Positions 25,770 through 37,903 of a stretch of DNA of 64,000 nt are shown here, piece after piece. Both the position numbers and the translations under genes were made by a program. The stretch lies in contig NW_024704755.1 in the NCBI RefSeq assembly GCF_018977255.1, forward strand, positions 5,270,001 through 5,334,000. Reading direction: 5' to 3'. The notes beneath the pieces were generated by a model that worked only from the letters and a program-made list of their open reading frames with translations, was not told the DNA's origin and did no database searches. Origin of the DNA: Callorhinchus milii. Its lineage: Eukaryota. Every line of letters begins with the position of its first letter. Position 1 is the first letter of the stretch.

Positions 25770-25914
25770 CCTCAATCCTCGTGGGTTTAGGACCTTAGGG
25801 TTCTTGGACAAGTGCATGCAAAGGCTTCCGTCCTCATTCACAGTCACTGCGACCTTCTTCAACGTCTTGTTGCCACAGTTTGGACAGAATACCTTGGTCA
25901 TGTTGGTAGTGGTC
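25770..25914 (-). CDS. NOB1: NOB1 exon 8
   Basis: TTTNMTKVFCPNCGNKTLKKVAV...NPRGLR (second CxxC); donor GTGAGG; 145 nt. Confidence 0.95.
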
Positions 25915-26591
25915 CTAATTAAAACAGCAATCAGTTCTCTAGACAAAGTTGGATTCCAATTTTTTGTGTGTCTTTTAAATTAGGAACATAGGAAAACAGG
26001 AACCGATGGAGGCTATTCATCCTATCGAGTATGCTTCACAAATCTATTTTTCTTAGTACATCTTTTAATCCGAATAACCCACCCCTTTTCATCAAACCCC
26101 TTAAGATCTCTAACCCAAGTATCTTCCTTTAAAACAACCTATTCCACTTCCATAGCATTCTTGGTCAGAATTATTTGTAAGTTTAGTGAATTCAAAAGTT
26201 CCAAAACTTTCCAGTGGAATCTGAAATTTTTTGAAAATTTTAAATGAACTGATTAACAACTTATTATGTGTCCTGATCACTCTAAATTTAATGTGTGGTG
26301 AGATGAGGTGCCAGCACTAACAGTTTCCCTGGCAGAAAGTGCACATAGGTGAACAATTCAAGCATATGAACAGGGTTTCCAGCAAGTAAACCCTATAAAC
26401 ACACTATCTTGGTGAAGTGACTGCAAAGTGACTGCACTAGATCAGAGTGCAGGAAGCAAGGGCCCTACAGAAGCCTCTTGATTTTAGCTAATTGTCATTA
26501 TGATTTTACATTTTGTAAATGTTCCAGTATATATTACAACTTTCACATAAAGTAGAACATCTTAAAAAGCTTGAAAGTGAATAATACTTAC

Positions 26592-26689
26592 TTGAAACAT
26601 GCATGACAGCGAAGAATGTAATTCCTAGCTTGTCGTATAAGCATTCCATTTACTGAAATCACGTGAAGCCTCATCTGAATAAGGACATT
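26592..26689 (-). CDS. NOB1: NOB1 exon 7
   Basis: NVLIQMRLHVISVNGMLIRQARNYILRCHACF (first Zn-ribbon CxxC); donor GTAAGT; 98 nt. Confidence 0.95.
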
Positions 26690-27412
26690 CTAAGGAGGGA
26701 CAATTCTAGTCATTTGTGATGCCACAATGTGCACTAAGAAAAGCCAAAATACACACATGTTCAATGATATGGGTTTGTAGATATTACATGCATCATCAGA
26801 TGTAGATTAGTATTCCTAGGAAGTGACATTAGCACATTCTAGTCATACTATACATGGAAAACTACGCTTAATGTGCCTAAGAGATTAAAATCAGCCACAG
26901 TAGAAAGGATTCTCTTAACAACGATGGTTTGTGATTTATGGTCAATATACTGTAAAGAGCAGATAAGTAAAGATATTAACACAAGTGGGGGAAGATACAA
27001 ATTGTGATTTCAACAATAAAAATAAATTGATAACATGAATGCAGAAATATGTAGAGGTACTTTGGACACACTTTAGACCGGAGTACGAGAGTATGAAAAG
27101 CTCATAGCGTTGAGAAATAAACAAAATAAATTTAGATTTAACAGCTGCCAGATTATGGAACAGATCATCATGTTGCTCATAAATATTGATTTGAGTGAAC
27201 ATTCAACAAAGAATTGGATCCATATCATATTCAGCTGATAGTACAGAAATACATGAACTGGTCTACAACAAAAGGAAATGGCCAAACCAGACTGTGACAA
27301 GGAGACAAAAGATCTCCCCAGTTCTGGAGAAGCTCTTCTTTATTCTTAGAAATAAAAAAAGCTTGTTCAACAAATTGTGTTTTTTTTCAAAAATAAAAAA
27401 TACTGCATCTAC

Positions 27413-27643
27413 CTGCATGGCAAAATCGGTAGTGATACAACCAACTTTGACATTTGCCGCTACTTCAGGAGAACCCACACCCTGGCATAGCTGATGGATG
27501 TTACTAGGGGTTATCCATCCACCACCATCATCATCATCGTCGGCATCATCTTCATCATCACCATCATCTTCCTCACCCAGTTCTTTCTGATCTTGATCTG
27601 CACCCAATTGTCTCTCTCCAGAAATGCAGGAAGCCTGCAGCTT
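27413..27643 (-). CDS. NOB1: NOB1 exon 6
   Basis: Acidic tract then GGGWITPSNI...VGCITTDFAMQ; ttcacag acceptor, GTAGAT donor; 231 nt. Confidence 0.93.
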
Positions 27644-27869
27644 CTGTGAAGTAAAGCAGATTAGTACATCCACGTCTAAGAGACACTCAATGGAGCTGAC
27701 ACTGGGGAAAAGGGGATGACACTAATAAAGCAAACTAGATTTCACTGGTCCAAAAGGATAATAGTTTCTGCCTCCAAACCTTGAAATTGTTTAATACTCT
27801 TTTAGTATTTAGTACAGATTTCATAGATTTGCTAAACTAAATAACAGGATTAAAAGGTACATTGCTTAC

Positions 27870-28040
27870 CAGGATATCTAGCAGATCTGCTTCAATATTT
27901 GGGAGTGGACATCTCCAAAACTGAAAGCTGTTGAATTTAGATGCCAACTGCTCATTGGCACGTTTTTTGTTGGTGGAATCAGAAGCTGAATCTGAATATA
28001 CTGCACCATCTCGCTTTGGGTAGTCTTTCTCTAGTCGTTG
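27870..28040 (-). CDS. NOB1: NOB1 exon 5
   Basis: QRLEKDYPK...FNSFQFWRCPLPNIEADLLDIL; gtacag acceptor, GTAAGC donor; 171 nt. Confidence 0.88.
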
Positions 28041-28373
28041 CTGTACGAAAGTAATATTATTTTGTGATACATTGCACTAAAGCAAAACTCACATTCTAAT
28101 TTACATGTGTCATATTGTTGATATAAGGTTTTTTTTGATGAACAAAGTATCAGCATACAAAAGACAAGACAAATCTGTTTTTGGGAAATGAAATGCAAAT
28201 GATTGTTACTAGTCATGTATGATCTATATTGATCTACACTTTGATAACTAAAATAGTGGAAAATTTAGTGTGCATGAAATCTACTGAAAAACAGCGCTCT
28301 CTTGTTTGTTTGAAACAGGTTTTGAATCAATTCTTGAATGTAAACTCTGTACATTTGAACTATAAATATTTAC

Positions 28374-28445
28374 CTTAGATGGTAAGTGGAAGCCAACAAC
28401 ATTGACTGGAGCCTCTGGGTGTTGCAATGTGCTATTTACTTGAAT
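28374..28445 (-). CDS. NOB1: NOB1 exon 4
   Basis: IQVNSTLQHPEAPVNVVGFHLPSK; ttgttag acceptor, GTAAAT donor; 72 nt. Confidence 0.92.
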
Positions 28446-29012
28446 CTAACAAAGAACAAGAACAAAGTGCATTTTACACAATCAACAGTGATTTGATTTA
28501 TTTATAAACATGTTTGTTAAACACATCCTGTAACTCAAACACCAGAACTAGATAAGTGGTAATATATATGTCTGTTCTGATATAATATATATGTATATAA
28601 AAATAGAATTCATCAATAGTGAAGGATAATTCTCAGTGTAGCACTAAGCCATATAGTCTGGAAGGGCACTAGATAGAATGTCACAGTTAGCTGATCTCTA
28701 CCAAGGAGCAAAAGGATATTCAGAAACTCCGTATTTTATAGAGGAAAAAAATCAGTCAGGATTCCAGCTCCTGATTGATATCGAGTAACCATACTGGAAG
28801 AGGACATGATTGGTGCTCAGCTGAGATATTCCCACAACAAATAGTTAGGCATGGAGTTTGATAGTTTGGGGGACAAGAGAACACTCAATGTCAGTGGAAC
28901 CATACTTCAATAAGAAACAGTACTTTTTCTAGAAATAAAAGGGAAAATGGAATATATAAAATAGAATAAAATGTTTAAATATTCAACAAAAGATCAAGTT
29001 TTCATGACTTAC

Positions 29013-29146
29013 ATTTCGTTCTGGTTCTTTCTTCAAATGGTCTGATCCCACAAATTCTGTCTCAAGCTGACAGGTCAGTGCCAAGACTTTAATGTCAGTC
29101 GCAGAGAGACTGGGATAGTCTCCAGTTTTCTTGGAAAACTCAGTCA
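29013..29146 (-). CDS. NOB1: NOB1 exon 3
   Basis: VTEFSKKTGDYPSLSATDIKVLALT...LKKEPERN; donor GTAAGT; 134 nt. Confidence 0.95.
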
Positions 29147-29407
29147 CTATAATGAACAATTAAAAATAAATTTTCAATCCAGGCACCTTTCATCTAGATC
29201 TAAATGTTTGTAACTTAAGAGAATTCTAGTTAAAAACACAATGGCACGTATTAAAAAAATTAATACTCCATAGTTCAAAGAAATGTAAATATTTTCTTTG
29301 AGTAAATCAATCACCATCCATTTTTGATTATAAAAATAAATCAGGATTTTAAAATGTCCATCTTAACTCTAAACCAGTTTCATTATTTAAGTAAAAAATA
29401 AGCCCAC

Positions 29408-29540
29408 CTTGTCGGATATATTCTGGGAATGGTTCTTTGAAAGTAAGTTGGTATGGTAATACTGCCAGTCTCCGTTTAGTTTCCTTATCCCTTATTTCAT
29501 TTACAACTTCCTTCAACGTGTAGATATTTTTTCCAATCTC
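29408..29540 (-). CDS. NOB1: NOB1 exon 2
   Basis: EIGKNIYTLKEVVNEIRDKETKRRLAVLPY...; tttcag acceptor, G|GTGGGC donor; 133 nt. Confidence 0.95.
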
Positions 29541-29848
29541 CTGAAAATCACCACAAAGGTTATCAAAAGCTGTAATGTAAAACCCTTTTTTTAAAATCCC
29601 CAAACAAATTGTAAATTTTTTATATAATTCCCTTGAACACATCAAACATACTGGAGAGTGGGAAATTCTCTCAAAACGCATACATTAGATCTGCTTTCTG
29701 CAAGCAACAATACTCATCTCAGGATGAAATGGAAAGCATGTGACCAGAAAAAAATCACAATTTGGAAATAACTACATAGGTTTTGCCCAAGTTGTCACAT
29801 ACCTAGTACTGGCATTTTTCAGCCACTCAGCACCGGTTCTTTCTATCT

Positions 29849-30375
29849 TCATATATATATATACTAATAAAACGACAATGTCTGTCTGTCTGTCTGTCTG
29901 TCTGTCTGCGTGCCCTTCAAGAAGGATCTCAATAACCGATTGACACGATTTATACCTCATCGGAAAGGTCTTGCATCTGGGAGTGACATGGGCTTATTTG
30001 TTTTCAGGTTATCTCCTATCGTTCATGAGTTATGATCTAAAAGGTATTCTCAGTTTTTCGCTGCAGTTACACCTGGTGGCCGCTGAGTAAAAGTGGCGCT
30101 GTGGCACCGTGCAGTTACACCTGGTGGCCTTGCCAGCTGACCGTGGCGCTGTGGCATTCTGAGTCACAGAGCACGCATGTAGCCAAGGGGCAGCGGGAAT
30201 AAAATAAAGAACACAGACGAAGCTAAGTCGCGGCAACAACAACAACACATTTACACTTTTAAAGCGCCTTTCACGTCGGGAGGACGTCCCAGTGATTATA
30301 AATTATACATTTATATTTGCCATAAAGATGCCTAAGCGAAAATCAAACCTTTCAAGGATAAGTAAATGTGCCCGT
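29849..30375 (+). mobile_element. Helitron-like non-autonomous remnant in NOB1 intron 1
   Basis: TC(AT)nACTAATAAAA start, (GTCT)n microsatellite, GAGTGACATGGGCT block, 50-nt tandem repeat, MPKRKSNLSR micro-ORF start. Confidence 0.45.
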
Positions 30376-30444
30376 CTGTTTGTCAATCTACATTCCCTGT
30401 TGGATTCTTTGGTTGCAAGTGTAGCTGCAACAGGTACAAATATA

Positions 30445-30736
30445 AATAATAATAATAATAATCCTTGCATTTGATACAGTGCTTTTCACGTCTTCTAGAC
30501 ATCTCAGAGCACTTTACAGAATAGACTGTAAAGTGAATTGACTGTATATTTGTGCACAGCAGTGTCCCACAAACAGTCGTGGATTGAAGTGACCAATTTA
30601 TTATTGTTTTTTTCTTGAGGGATTATATCAGGCGTGTGGAGTAAGGAAACTTGACAAAGGTTTGGCCCTGCCGGGAATCCAACCCAGGTTTCTCGCTTGC
30701 GAGGCAAGTATTCTAACCACTGAGCTACAGGACTCC
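30445..30736 (-). mobile_element. Full-length SINE (variant subfamily) in NOB1 intron 1
   Basis: Same head and tail; shares diagnostic variants (CTTGAGGGATTAT, CTAGAAG/CTGGAAG loop) with the 50227-50514 copy. Confidence 0.88.
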
Positions 30737-31104
30737 TAGTTATATACTAACTAGTTATATACTAACTAGGCTCCTAGACTCCTAGCTAGTTTTATATATA
30801 TATAATGAATATATAGTTATATATAATATAATGAATGAATGAATGAATGAATGCAAGATTATTTTGCTTGGAATTACGTGTAAAGACTTTGATTTAACAT
30901 TTCCAACATTCTTACCCTGAAGTGAACGAGGTCTGATCGGTTCACAAATTTCGCTTACGACACTCGGCCCGACTCGTCAGGGTCTCACTCACGTTACGCG
31001 GAAAAATCATACACTGAATTCGCTTCACAGCAGCTCTCTGAAGCCCACTGAGACGTCTCAACGACGCGCGATAAGGCGCCATATCCAATGCAAGGATCTG
31101 CTTT

Positions 31105-31340
31105 AATGATAATAATAATAATCCTCGCGTTGGATATTGGGCTTTTCGCGTCGGGAGGACGTCCCGAAGCGCTTCACAGAACACACTGGAAAGTGCATCG
31201 ACTGTATACATTTGTGGGCGAACGCGGCGGCCGATTGCGCGCACAGCAGCGTCCCCGCAGACAGCCGTGGATCGAAAATGACCAATTTATTATTGATTTT
31301 GTTGGGGGAGGGATTGTTATTATTATTATTATTATTATTA
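31105..31340 (-). mobile_element. 5'-truncated SINE with GC-shifted sequence in NOB1 intron 1
   Basis: Colinear with the 19738 copy but with many AT-to-GC differences. Confidence 0.9.
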
Positions 31341-31673
31341 TACTGAACTTCTGGCTCGTTTCGTTTCGCTCAAGTCTGCGAAATATAAACAACCTCTTGG
31401 GGATTGATTGGTTCGTTTCACTCGGACCGTGACCGTCGGTGATGCTGTGGGGCTCTGAGCCCGAAGGTGGAAAGGCACTGAGAAGGGCCTCATTGCCTTT
31501 CTCGCTGTGAACTTAACACCGTTGGAAAAGCCGACAGAGGAGCCGCGGCGGCGGTGGCTCACACCGTCAGGATCCGCACCGGTGATAAAACCGTTAAAAA
31601 TATATAGCGATACGGAGATATCCCAAAGTCTGGCAGTCGCCCCGCGGGGTTCCCGGCGTTTCGTTTCACTCAC

Positions 31674-31742
31674 CTGCAGCGGCGCGTTCTTCAAGAAAGC
31701 TCCGGCGTCCGCCACGACGTGATCCACCGCGCCGGCCGCCAT
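31674..31742 (-). CDS. NOB1: NOB1 exon 1 (PIN-domain 18S rRNA site-D endonuclease)
   Basis: MAAGAVDHVVADAGAFLKNAPLQ with PIN catalytic Asp motif VVADAGAF; donor CAG|GTGAGT. Confidence 0.95.
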
Positions 31743-31830
31743 CTTGGGTGCAGGAGGCGGCCAATCAGCAGCGCTGGTGACCAGGTCACGTGACGTCGGG
31801 CGGACGCTCGCGCGGAGGCTTCTGTCAACT
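31736..31830 (-). promoter_or_regulatory. NOB1 CpG-island promoter
   Basis: YY1/TISU at the ATG (31736-31747), CCAAT 31761, palindromic E-box GTCACGTGAC 31785-31794 overlapping CRE-like TGACGTC. Confidence 0.75.
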
Positions 31831-31844
31831 GCTGACGGTCTACA

Positions 31845-31854
31845 CTCCCCCCTC

Positions 31855-31886
<32 letters not shown>

Positions 31887-31888
31887 AC

Positions 31889-31928
<40 letters not shown>

Positions 31929-32097
31929 ACTCCCCTCACCCCCCCCACTCCCCCCTCACCCCCCCACTCCCCCCACTCCCCTCACCCCCCCCCACTCCCC
32001 CCACCCCCCCCCCCCCCCCACCCCCCCCACTCCCCTCACCCCCCCCACTCCCCCCCACTCCCCTCACCCCCCCACTCCCCCCCTCCCCCCCCCCCCC

Positions 32098-32140
<43 letters not shown>

Positions 32141-32391
32141 ACTCCCCTCACCCCCCCCCCCCCCCCCCCCACTCCCCCACCCCCCACTCCCACTCCCCCC
32201 ACCCCCCCCACTCCCCTCCCCTCCCCCCCCCCACTCCCACTCACCACCCCACTCCCCTCACCCCCCCCACTCCCACTCACCCCCCCCCACTCCCCTCACC
32301 CCCACTCCCCTCACACTCTCCCACTCCCCTCACACCGCCCACCAAGCCCCTCCCCGACCCCCACCATCCCCCCACCAACACAATACCCCCA
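31845..32391. repeat. C-rich low-complexity minisatellite (CCCCCCACTCCCCTCA-like units)
   Basis: About 550 nt of C-runs separated by ACT/TCA linkers. Confidence 0.95.
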
Positions 32392-33083
32392 TCTTATTGA
32401 TAAGCTGCCAATTCACAACGATAACAATCCTCGCATTTGATATACCACCCTGTCACGCCGTCGAGACGACTCAAAACACCTTCCCACGACACTGTAAAGT
32501 GGCTCTGGACTGCGTGTTTCGCAAAGCGAAACGCGGCAGCCATTCCGCGCACGGAAACTTCCCAACGTGGGGCTTGAACCCACAAGTTTGCGACTCAAAA
32601 GGCGAGAGCGGGACCAACTGAGCCAGGCTAGCACAGAAAAAAGATTTTGCGATCGACTTTCTTTGTCTGTGATAGATGTCCGACACCAGCCTGCGATAAA
32701 ACACCTGAAAACTTAAGAATATTCTCCGGCGGTTTTACATCATAGTTTTGCCGTATTTGTTGGAAGCCGTTGTCATAAGGCGGGCGCTCTGAGACGCTGC
32801 CTCGCGTAAAGGGCACCGTACAGATGTAAGTTTTTTTTTGAGGGGGCGGTGTGGGGGTTTTCAGCCGGGTGTCTGACATACACAGAGACCCATCAACACG
32901 TTCAAGAGTAAATGCAAGTTGTTGCTCAAAAAAAAGAATAATGATAAATCGGTCACTCAATCCCCAGCTGTTTGTGGGGACGCTGCTGTGCGCAATTGGC
33001 TGCCGCGTTTCGCCCACAACACGTACAGTCAATTCACTTCGGCGTATATGTCTGTGAAGCGCTTTGAGACGTCTCGACGACGT

Positions 33084-33444
33084 GGAGTCCTGTAGCTCAG
33101 TGGTTAGAGCGCTCGCTTTGCCAGCGAGAGACCCGAGTTCAATCCCCGGCAGGTCAGGGCCAAACCCTGGGCAAGTTTCCTTACTCCACAACACAGAGCC
33201 CTAATAACAATCCCTCCAAAAAACCCAAAACAATAATAAATTGGTCATTTTCAATCTACGACTGTTTGCGGGGACGCTGCTGTGGCCCGATCGGCCGCCG
33301 CGTTCGCCCACAAATATATACGCAGTCAATTCACTTTACAGTGTGTTCTGTGAAGCGCTTTGGGACGTCCTCCCGACGTGAAAAGCGCTATATCAAATGC
33401 AACGATTATTGTTATGATGATGATGATGATGTTGTTGTTGTTGC
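33084..33444 (+). mobile_element. Full-length SINE between the NOB1 and ATXN1L promoters, directly after a truncated copy (32950-33083)
   Basis: A box TAGCTCAGTGG 33093-33103, B box GAGTTCAATCC 33135-33145, tail decaying into (ATG)n(TTG)n. Confidence 0.92.
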
Positions 33445-33559
33445 TATGCAGTCCTCCCACACTGGGGGTGGCGCTGCTGTTGGATCCTCGGGGCTGGGCG
33501 GCCCCTCCCCCCCCTCCCCACCCCACCCCTCCCCCGGGTGACGGGATCAGTGTGCGCCG

Positions 33560-33743
33560 CGGTGTCTGCAGCAAAGTTTTGGTGGTGTTGAGTTTCTGAT
33601 TTTCACGGGAAAACTAAAACCCCCGGGAGTCACCCGGTGGGGGAGAGGGAGGAGAGAGAGAGAGAGAGAGAGGGGCGCGGGGGTCACGGGAAAGAGCCCG
33701 TGAATTCGTCGCAGCTGTCGCGGTCGCAGGATGAGACTCTCAG
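33560..33743 (+). other. ATXN1L: Probable non-coding first exon of ATXN1L (5' boundary approximate)
   Basis: CpG-rich segment with (GA)n run ending at donor CAG|GTAAAG; nearest CpG island upstream of the ATXN1L acceptor at 38590. Confidence 0.55.
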
Positions 33744-36700
33744 GTAAAGAGACAATTCGATGGGCAGTGAACCTGTTTTATTGGGAGATTTCCCCCCCTC
33801 ACCCCCCCCCTAAAAAAAAAATCTGTGAGAAGAATCCGGTGGTGGGGGTGTTTTTTTTTGCTCCTGGGCCCTGTCAGTGCTGTAACTTCGAGGTTTGGGA
33901 ATCACCTCCTGTTTATAGGTTTGAGAAGATGGAGTCTGCTCAGCACAGCAGCTTCCACAACAAACCTTGACCCTGTGCAATAGTGTTATTATATTATGCG
34001 TCACCTTTGGCTAAAAGTACAGTCCCATTGAATGGAGTATTTCCCCCCCCCCCCCCCCCCCCCCCTTCCCCCCCAAAAAAAGAATGGTGCAACCACTTCG
34101 AAGCATTTATGTTAGATCTTTTAACGACGATTGAGAGGGAGGGGCGGACACCCCTCATAGCTCATCGAGTTAAGGCAAAACATGATCTGTTGCTGCGTGA
34201 CAAAGATCAGGGCAGACTCACGTCCCATCCCTGGTGGTGGTGGTGGTGGTTGTTGTTGTTGTTGGCTAATTTTAGCCAGCGGTTCAATCAAGGGAATAGA
34301 GGTGTTGCAAATGGCCTCTGTGTTCCTGGGCTACGCGGGGGAGTAAGTCTTGTCAGAATTCGCATTGGATGAAGATAAGGGTTGGTCTTGGTTGTGATGC
34401 ACTCTGTGGTCAAATAGCGTGATGCTACTCCTTCTTTGAAGTCAAGAGGAAAAGAACTAATACCGACTAGAGAACTATCCTTGCATATGGCTCGCTGCGT
34501 TGGATGGGGTTTTAAAATTTATTAAGGTGCATTCTGTTTGTACAGTAGTATTAATGTGGCAGCAAAAACTGATCACAGCACTTGGTTGAATAGGAATGAA
34601 CTCTTAACTGGAATAATGTTCTACAGGCTTCAGTCCTTGAGTACCATGGCCATGTGGACATTTCAATGCATAAACCTCAATACTGAGTGTTAACAGATAC
34701 TGTATAACCCAGGAAAATCCTGTCTTTTGCCCAAAGTTAGGATCACTTTGCCCAAAGTTGGGGTCACAAAGCCAGGAGCAGAAGGCCCGGCTCAAATGTT
34801 GTGCTTTTTCCAGTTTCTTAGCCTTGGCATTCTTGAGACCAATCATGGCCTGTCAAATCCCTGTACTGATTGAGAATTAGATCCAGGATCATCTTGCTTT
34901 TGTATGAATTTTTACAACACCATGTAAGAATTCTGTCAATTAAAATATAACGTACCTTTTTAACAGAGACTAGGACTTGTGTTGCCTTGTAGGTATTCTG
35001 TTTTGCAACTGTGCAGTTTTGCCCACTTGTAATGTGATACAATTTGCTAAGTAGTGAATACATTATAATATAACAACAAATGCAATATATGTAAGATATA
35101 CAGTACATGTAAAACTCCCCCAGGGTTATTGCAGTCTTTTATCATTTTTTGGTAGCTGTGAATATGTATATGAAATGTTAAAGCTCAAGAAAATCTTTGA
35201 TAGAAGCAGCTTCACAGTGTGCCTGCAGCACAGGTCTCTGCAGACTGTCAGTGAGTCAGCTGCAGGTGTTGTCTGCATACATATTCTTAAGTGGTATGTT
35301 GTTGTCCACATATTCTTTTATGTACTTGTATTGGAGAAATTGGGTGGTCCAGTGCATCAACATTTTTTTTAAAAAAATTCTATAGAAAATCTCTCTGCTG
35401 GGTGCACAATGAAATAAATGTGGGCTACCACAAGCCAGTGCATAGTGTATGTCTACAGCACAAAATTGCTGGAAATTTGATGCAACAGGATAGTTTTACT
35501 TCCAGAGACTCTAATGTTCCATGGTTGAAGTGGGTTGAAGTAGTCCAGTATTCTGTTCTAGTTCGTATCTTGTTTGGTGCTTTATAGTAAAGCAGCTTAT
35601 GACCGCTGTCCAAAGACACATCCTACTAGCCAACACATTAGTCTTAGTCCCATTCTTGTCAATGATTTGATGCCTGGTGTAAAATTCTAAAGAATTTCAA
35701 AATCAAGAATGAAATTTCCACACAACTTGCCTCCAAATGTGAGATCTACGAATTGCAGCTTTGCACAAACCTTTCATTTTCATTCTCTCCTGCATTGTAA
35801 TCATTTTCAAATGTTCTGGCAAGAACTTCTATCCAAAGCACAATTGGAAAAAAATGCTCCATTCAGTATGATGGTGCCTGAGGCCAAGTCCCACTGCCAA
35901 GTTCTGTCAGCCACCTGGAAAATTTCACTTCTGCTTCATTGTTAGTATAATTACCAGGTTTCATATTATTATATCTGTTTAAATCAGTGAATTTCTAATG
36001 GAAACAAATTTTGCATTTGTTCGTTTGATATCTTTGTGTGACTTGAAAAGGTGATTTTTAGCACTTAATGTGACGGAAAGCTAGTTTAGCTGTGGAAAAG
36101 CTTGACTTGAATTTTACAAATCTTTTGGTACTTATCATTTGGAAATACTAAAGGCTGTGGGGATGAAAGATTAGGCAGAGGGGTGTCTGAGTGCTTCTGC
36201 TGAACAAATTCCATTGTTTCAATGATCTGGACTTAGTTAGGGAAGTGGAACAATTTGAGTTAATGTAGCAGTGAGATTGGGATTCAATTACTTGAGTAGA
36301 GTAGAGGGATTTATCCACTGCTTAACTGTTTCAGATTATCAAAGGAAGTAAGTGGAAAATAATTATTTGAGTGAAACATAATATTTTGCTGCAAATAAAA
36401 AAATTAAATGAAAACCAGCCCATATTGCTATATTTATAGTATTCATTTTTAGAAGTGTTATTGGTGAAAAATGTGTTGATCTCAAGTTGCTCATATTTTT
36501 AGCCACTTTAAACTATTTCATATGTGCAGGCTGTATGTACTGTATTGAGAAACTTCCCCTTTCACTGTCTTTCATGGTTGGAACAGTTCCTGTTAAATTT
36601 TATGGAAGTAAGCAAAAAAAGTTGACTATCTCGTGTCTGTGGCTGTATAACTCCGGTAATACAGCCAAAGATCTATGTAGGGACATAGATATTACCTTGC

Positions 36701-37806
36701 TATTTCTGAGGTTCGGTCATATGAAAAGGGCATTTTCATAGACCAAATGTAAATCACCATAAAAAGAATCTGCATGTTAGTATGCATTCATTTTGGTTTA
36801 ACATTGATTCTAAGAACCACATATTACCATGCTTTTACTTGTTGTACCCTCTGAGATTTGCATGCTCGGCAGCCCAAGCTATTTCCCTGTATTGTATGAG
36901 GCTAGCCATCATAAGAGCACTGCAGCTAGTAATACACATCCCCTTCTGGCAAGAGCATGTTTAATGATTCTCACTATTTGTGCATTTCACGTATTCTGGA
37001 TTGATTCCAAATTGAAGTCAATGTTAGCTTGGCTCCACTGCATCTTTGAAAAGACAGATTATTGATTTTGGAGTAAACTCAGCTAATTATCTTCTGTGCA
37101 TTACATTGTTTGGGCTTCATTTTGGTTTGTCATGGAAACCTGTCTGTTTTGCATATCTGTGAAGGCCAAATGTAGCCCACTTTGTGGAGTCATACATTTA
37201 TCATCGGCCAGGTCATTTCAGCCTCTGTTAAAGAGCAGTTGTTAATGTAAGGAATTTGAAAGTTATTAGCTCGGTGAATAGATACAGCATATAGTGGATA
37301 CCGATGAGGACCACCCAGCCCACACTTAATAAGGTTGCTGTTTAGGGTGGCAGTGGGAACATTACTATTGAACCCAAGATGCCCTAAGGCAGAAAAGGTA
37401 ATTTCCTTTGTTGTATTGTCAGTCCCTGTTATTTTGCTTGATTCCCCAGTTATAGAAAACAGAATAGGTGTGGTGCTGTCTCAGCCTCCATAAAGGAAGT
37501 AGAAATGCTCTGTTAAACCTACAGGTTCTATCGGTTGAATAAGGAACTTTCACCTCCACTGTATTTTTCTGAATTGCACAGACCTCTACGAAAGAGAAGT
37601 GAGGAAGCATACAATGTGTAAATTATTTCAGCCATTAATGGCCTAAACTATCCTGTTGAAAGTGCAATCAATGGACCTAAACTATCTGTCTTTATCTTTA
37701 TAAATAAAATGAAATGTCGTTGCTGTGTGTTAAGATTGTATTAACCTGGAGGCATACTTATATTCCTGTGAACTGCCTGATGTGTCCAAAATCTGTTTTT
37801 CTTCAG

Positions 37807-37903
37807 CAGAAGTTGCCATTGTGGATGCTGCTTTAGTTCCTGTACTTGAAATGATTGGCATCATCCTGATGATTGACAGACTATGGGAGGTTTAACATGT
37901 GAG
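37807..37903 (+). other. ATXN1L: Candidate 5'-UTR exon of ATXN1L
   Basis: tctgtttttcttcag acceptor (NAGNAG) and GAG|GTAATC donor; 97 nt; no transcript evidence. Confidence 0.35.

Noticed and set aside
31744-32440. Long Pro-rich and Gly-rich ORFs
   Set aside because: Translation of a stop-free C-rich low-complexity tract
33084-33160. tRNA-like sequences (also near 17870-17938, 19980-20051, 30660-30736, 50440-50514)
   Set aside because: They are SINE heads: no complete acceptor stem and they continue directly into the SINE body
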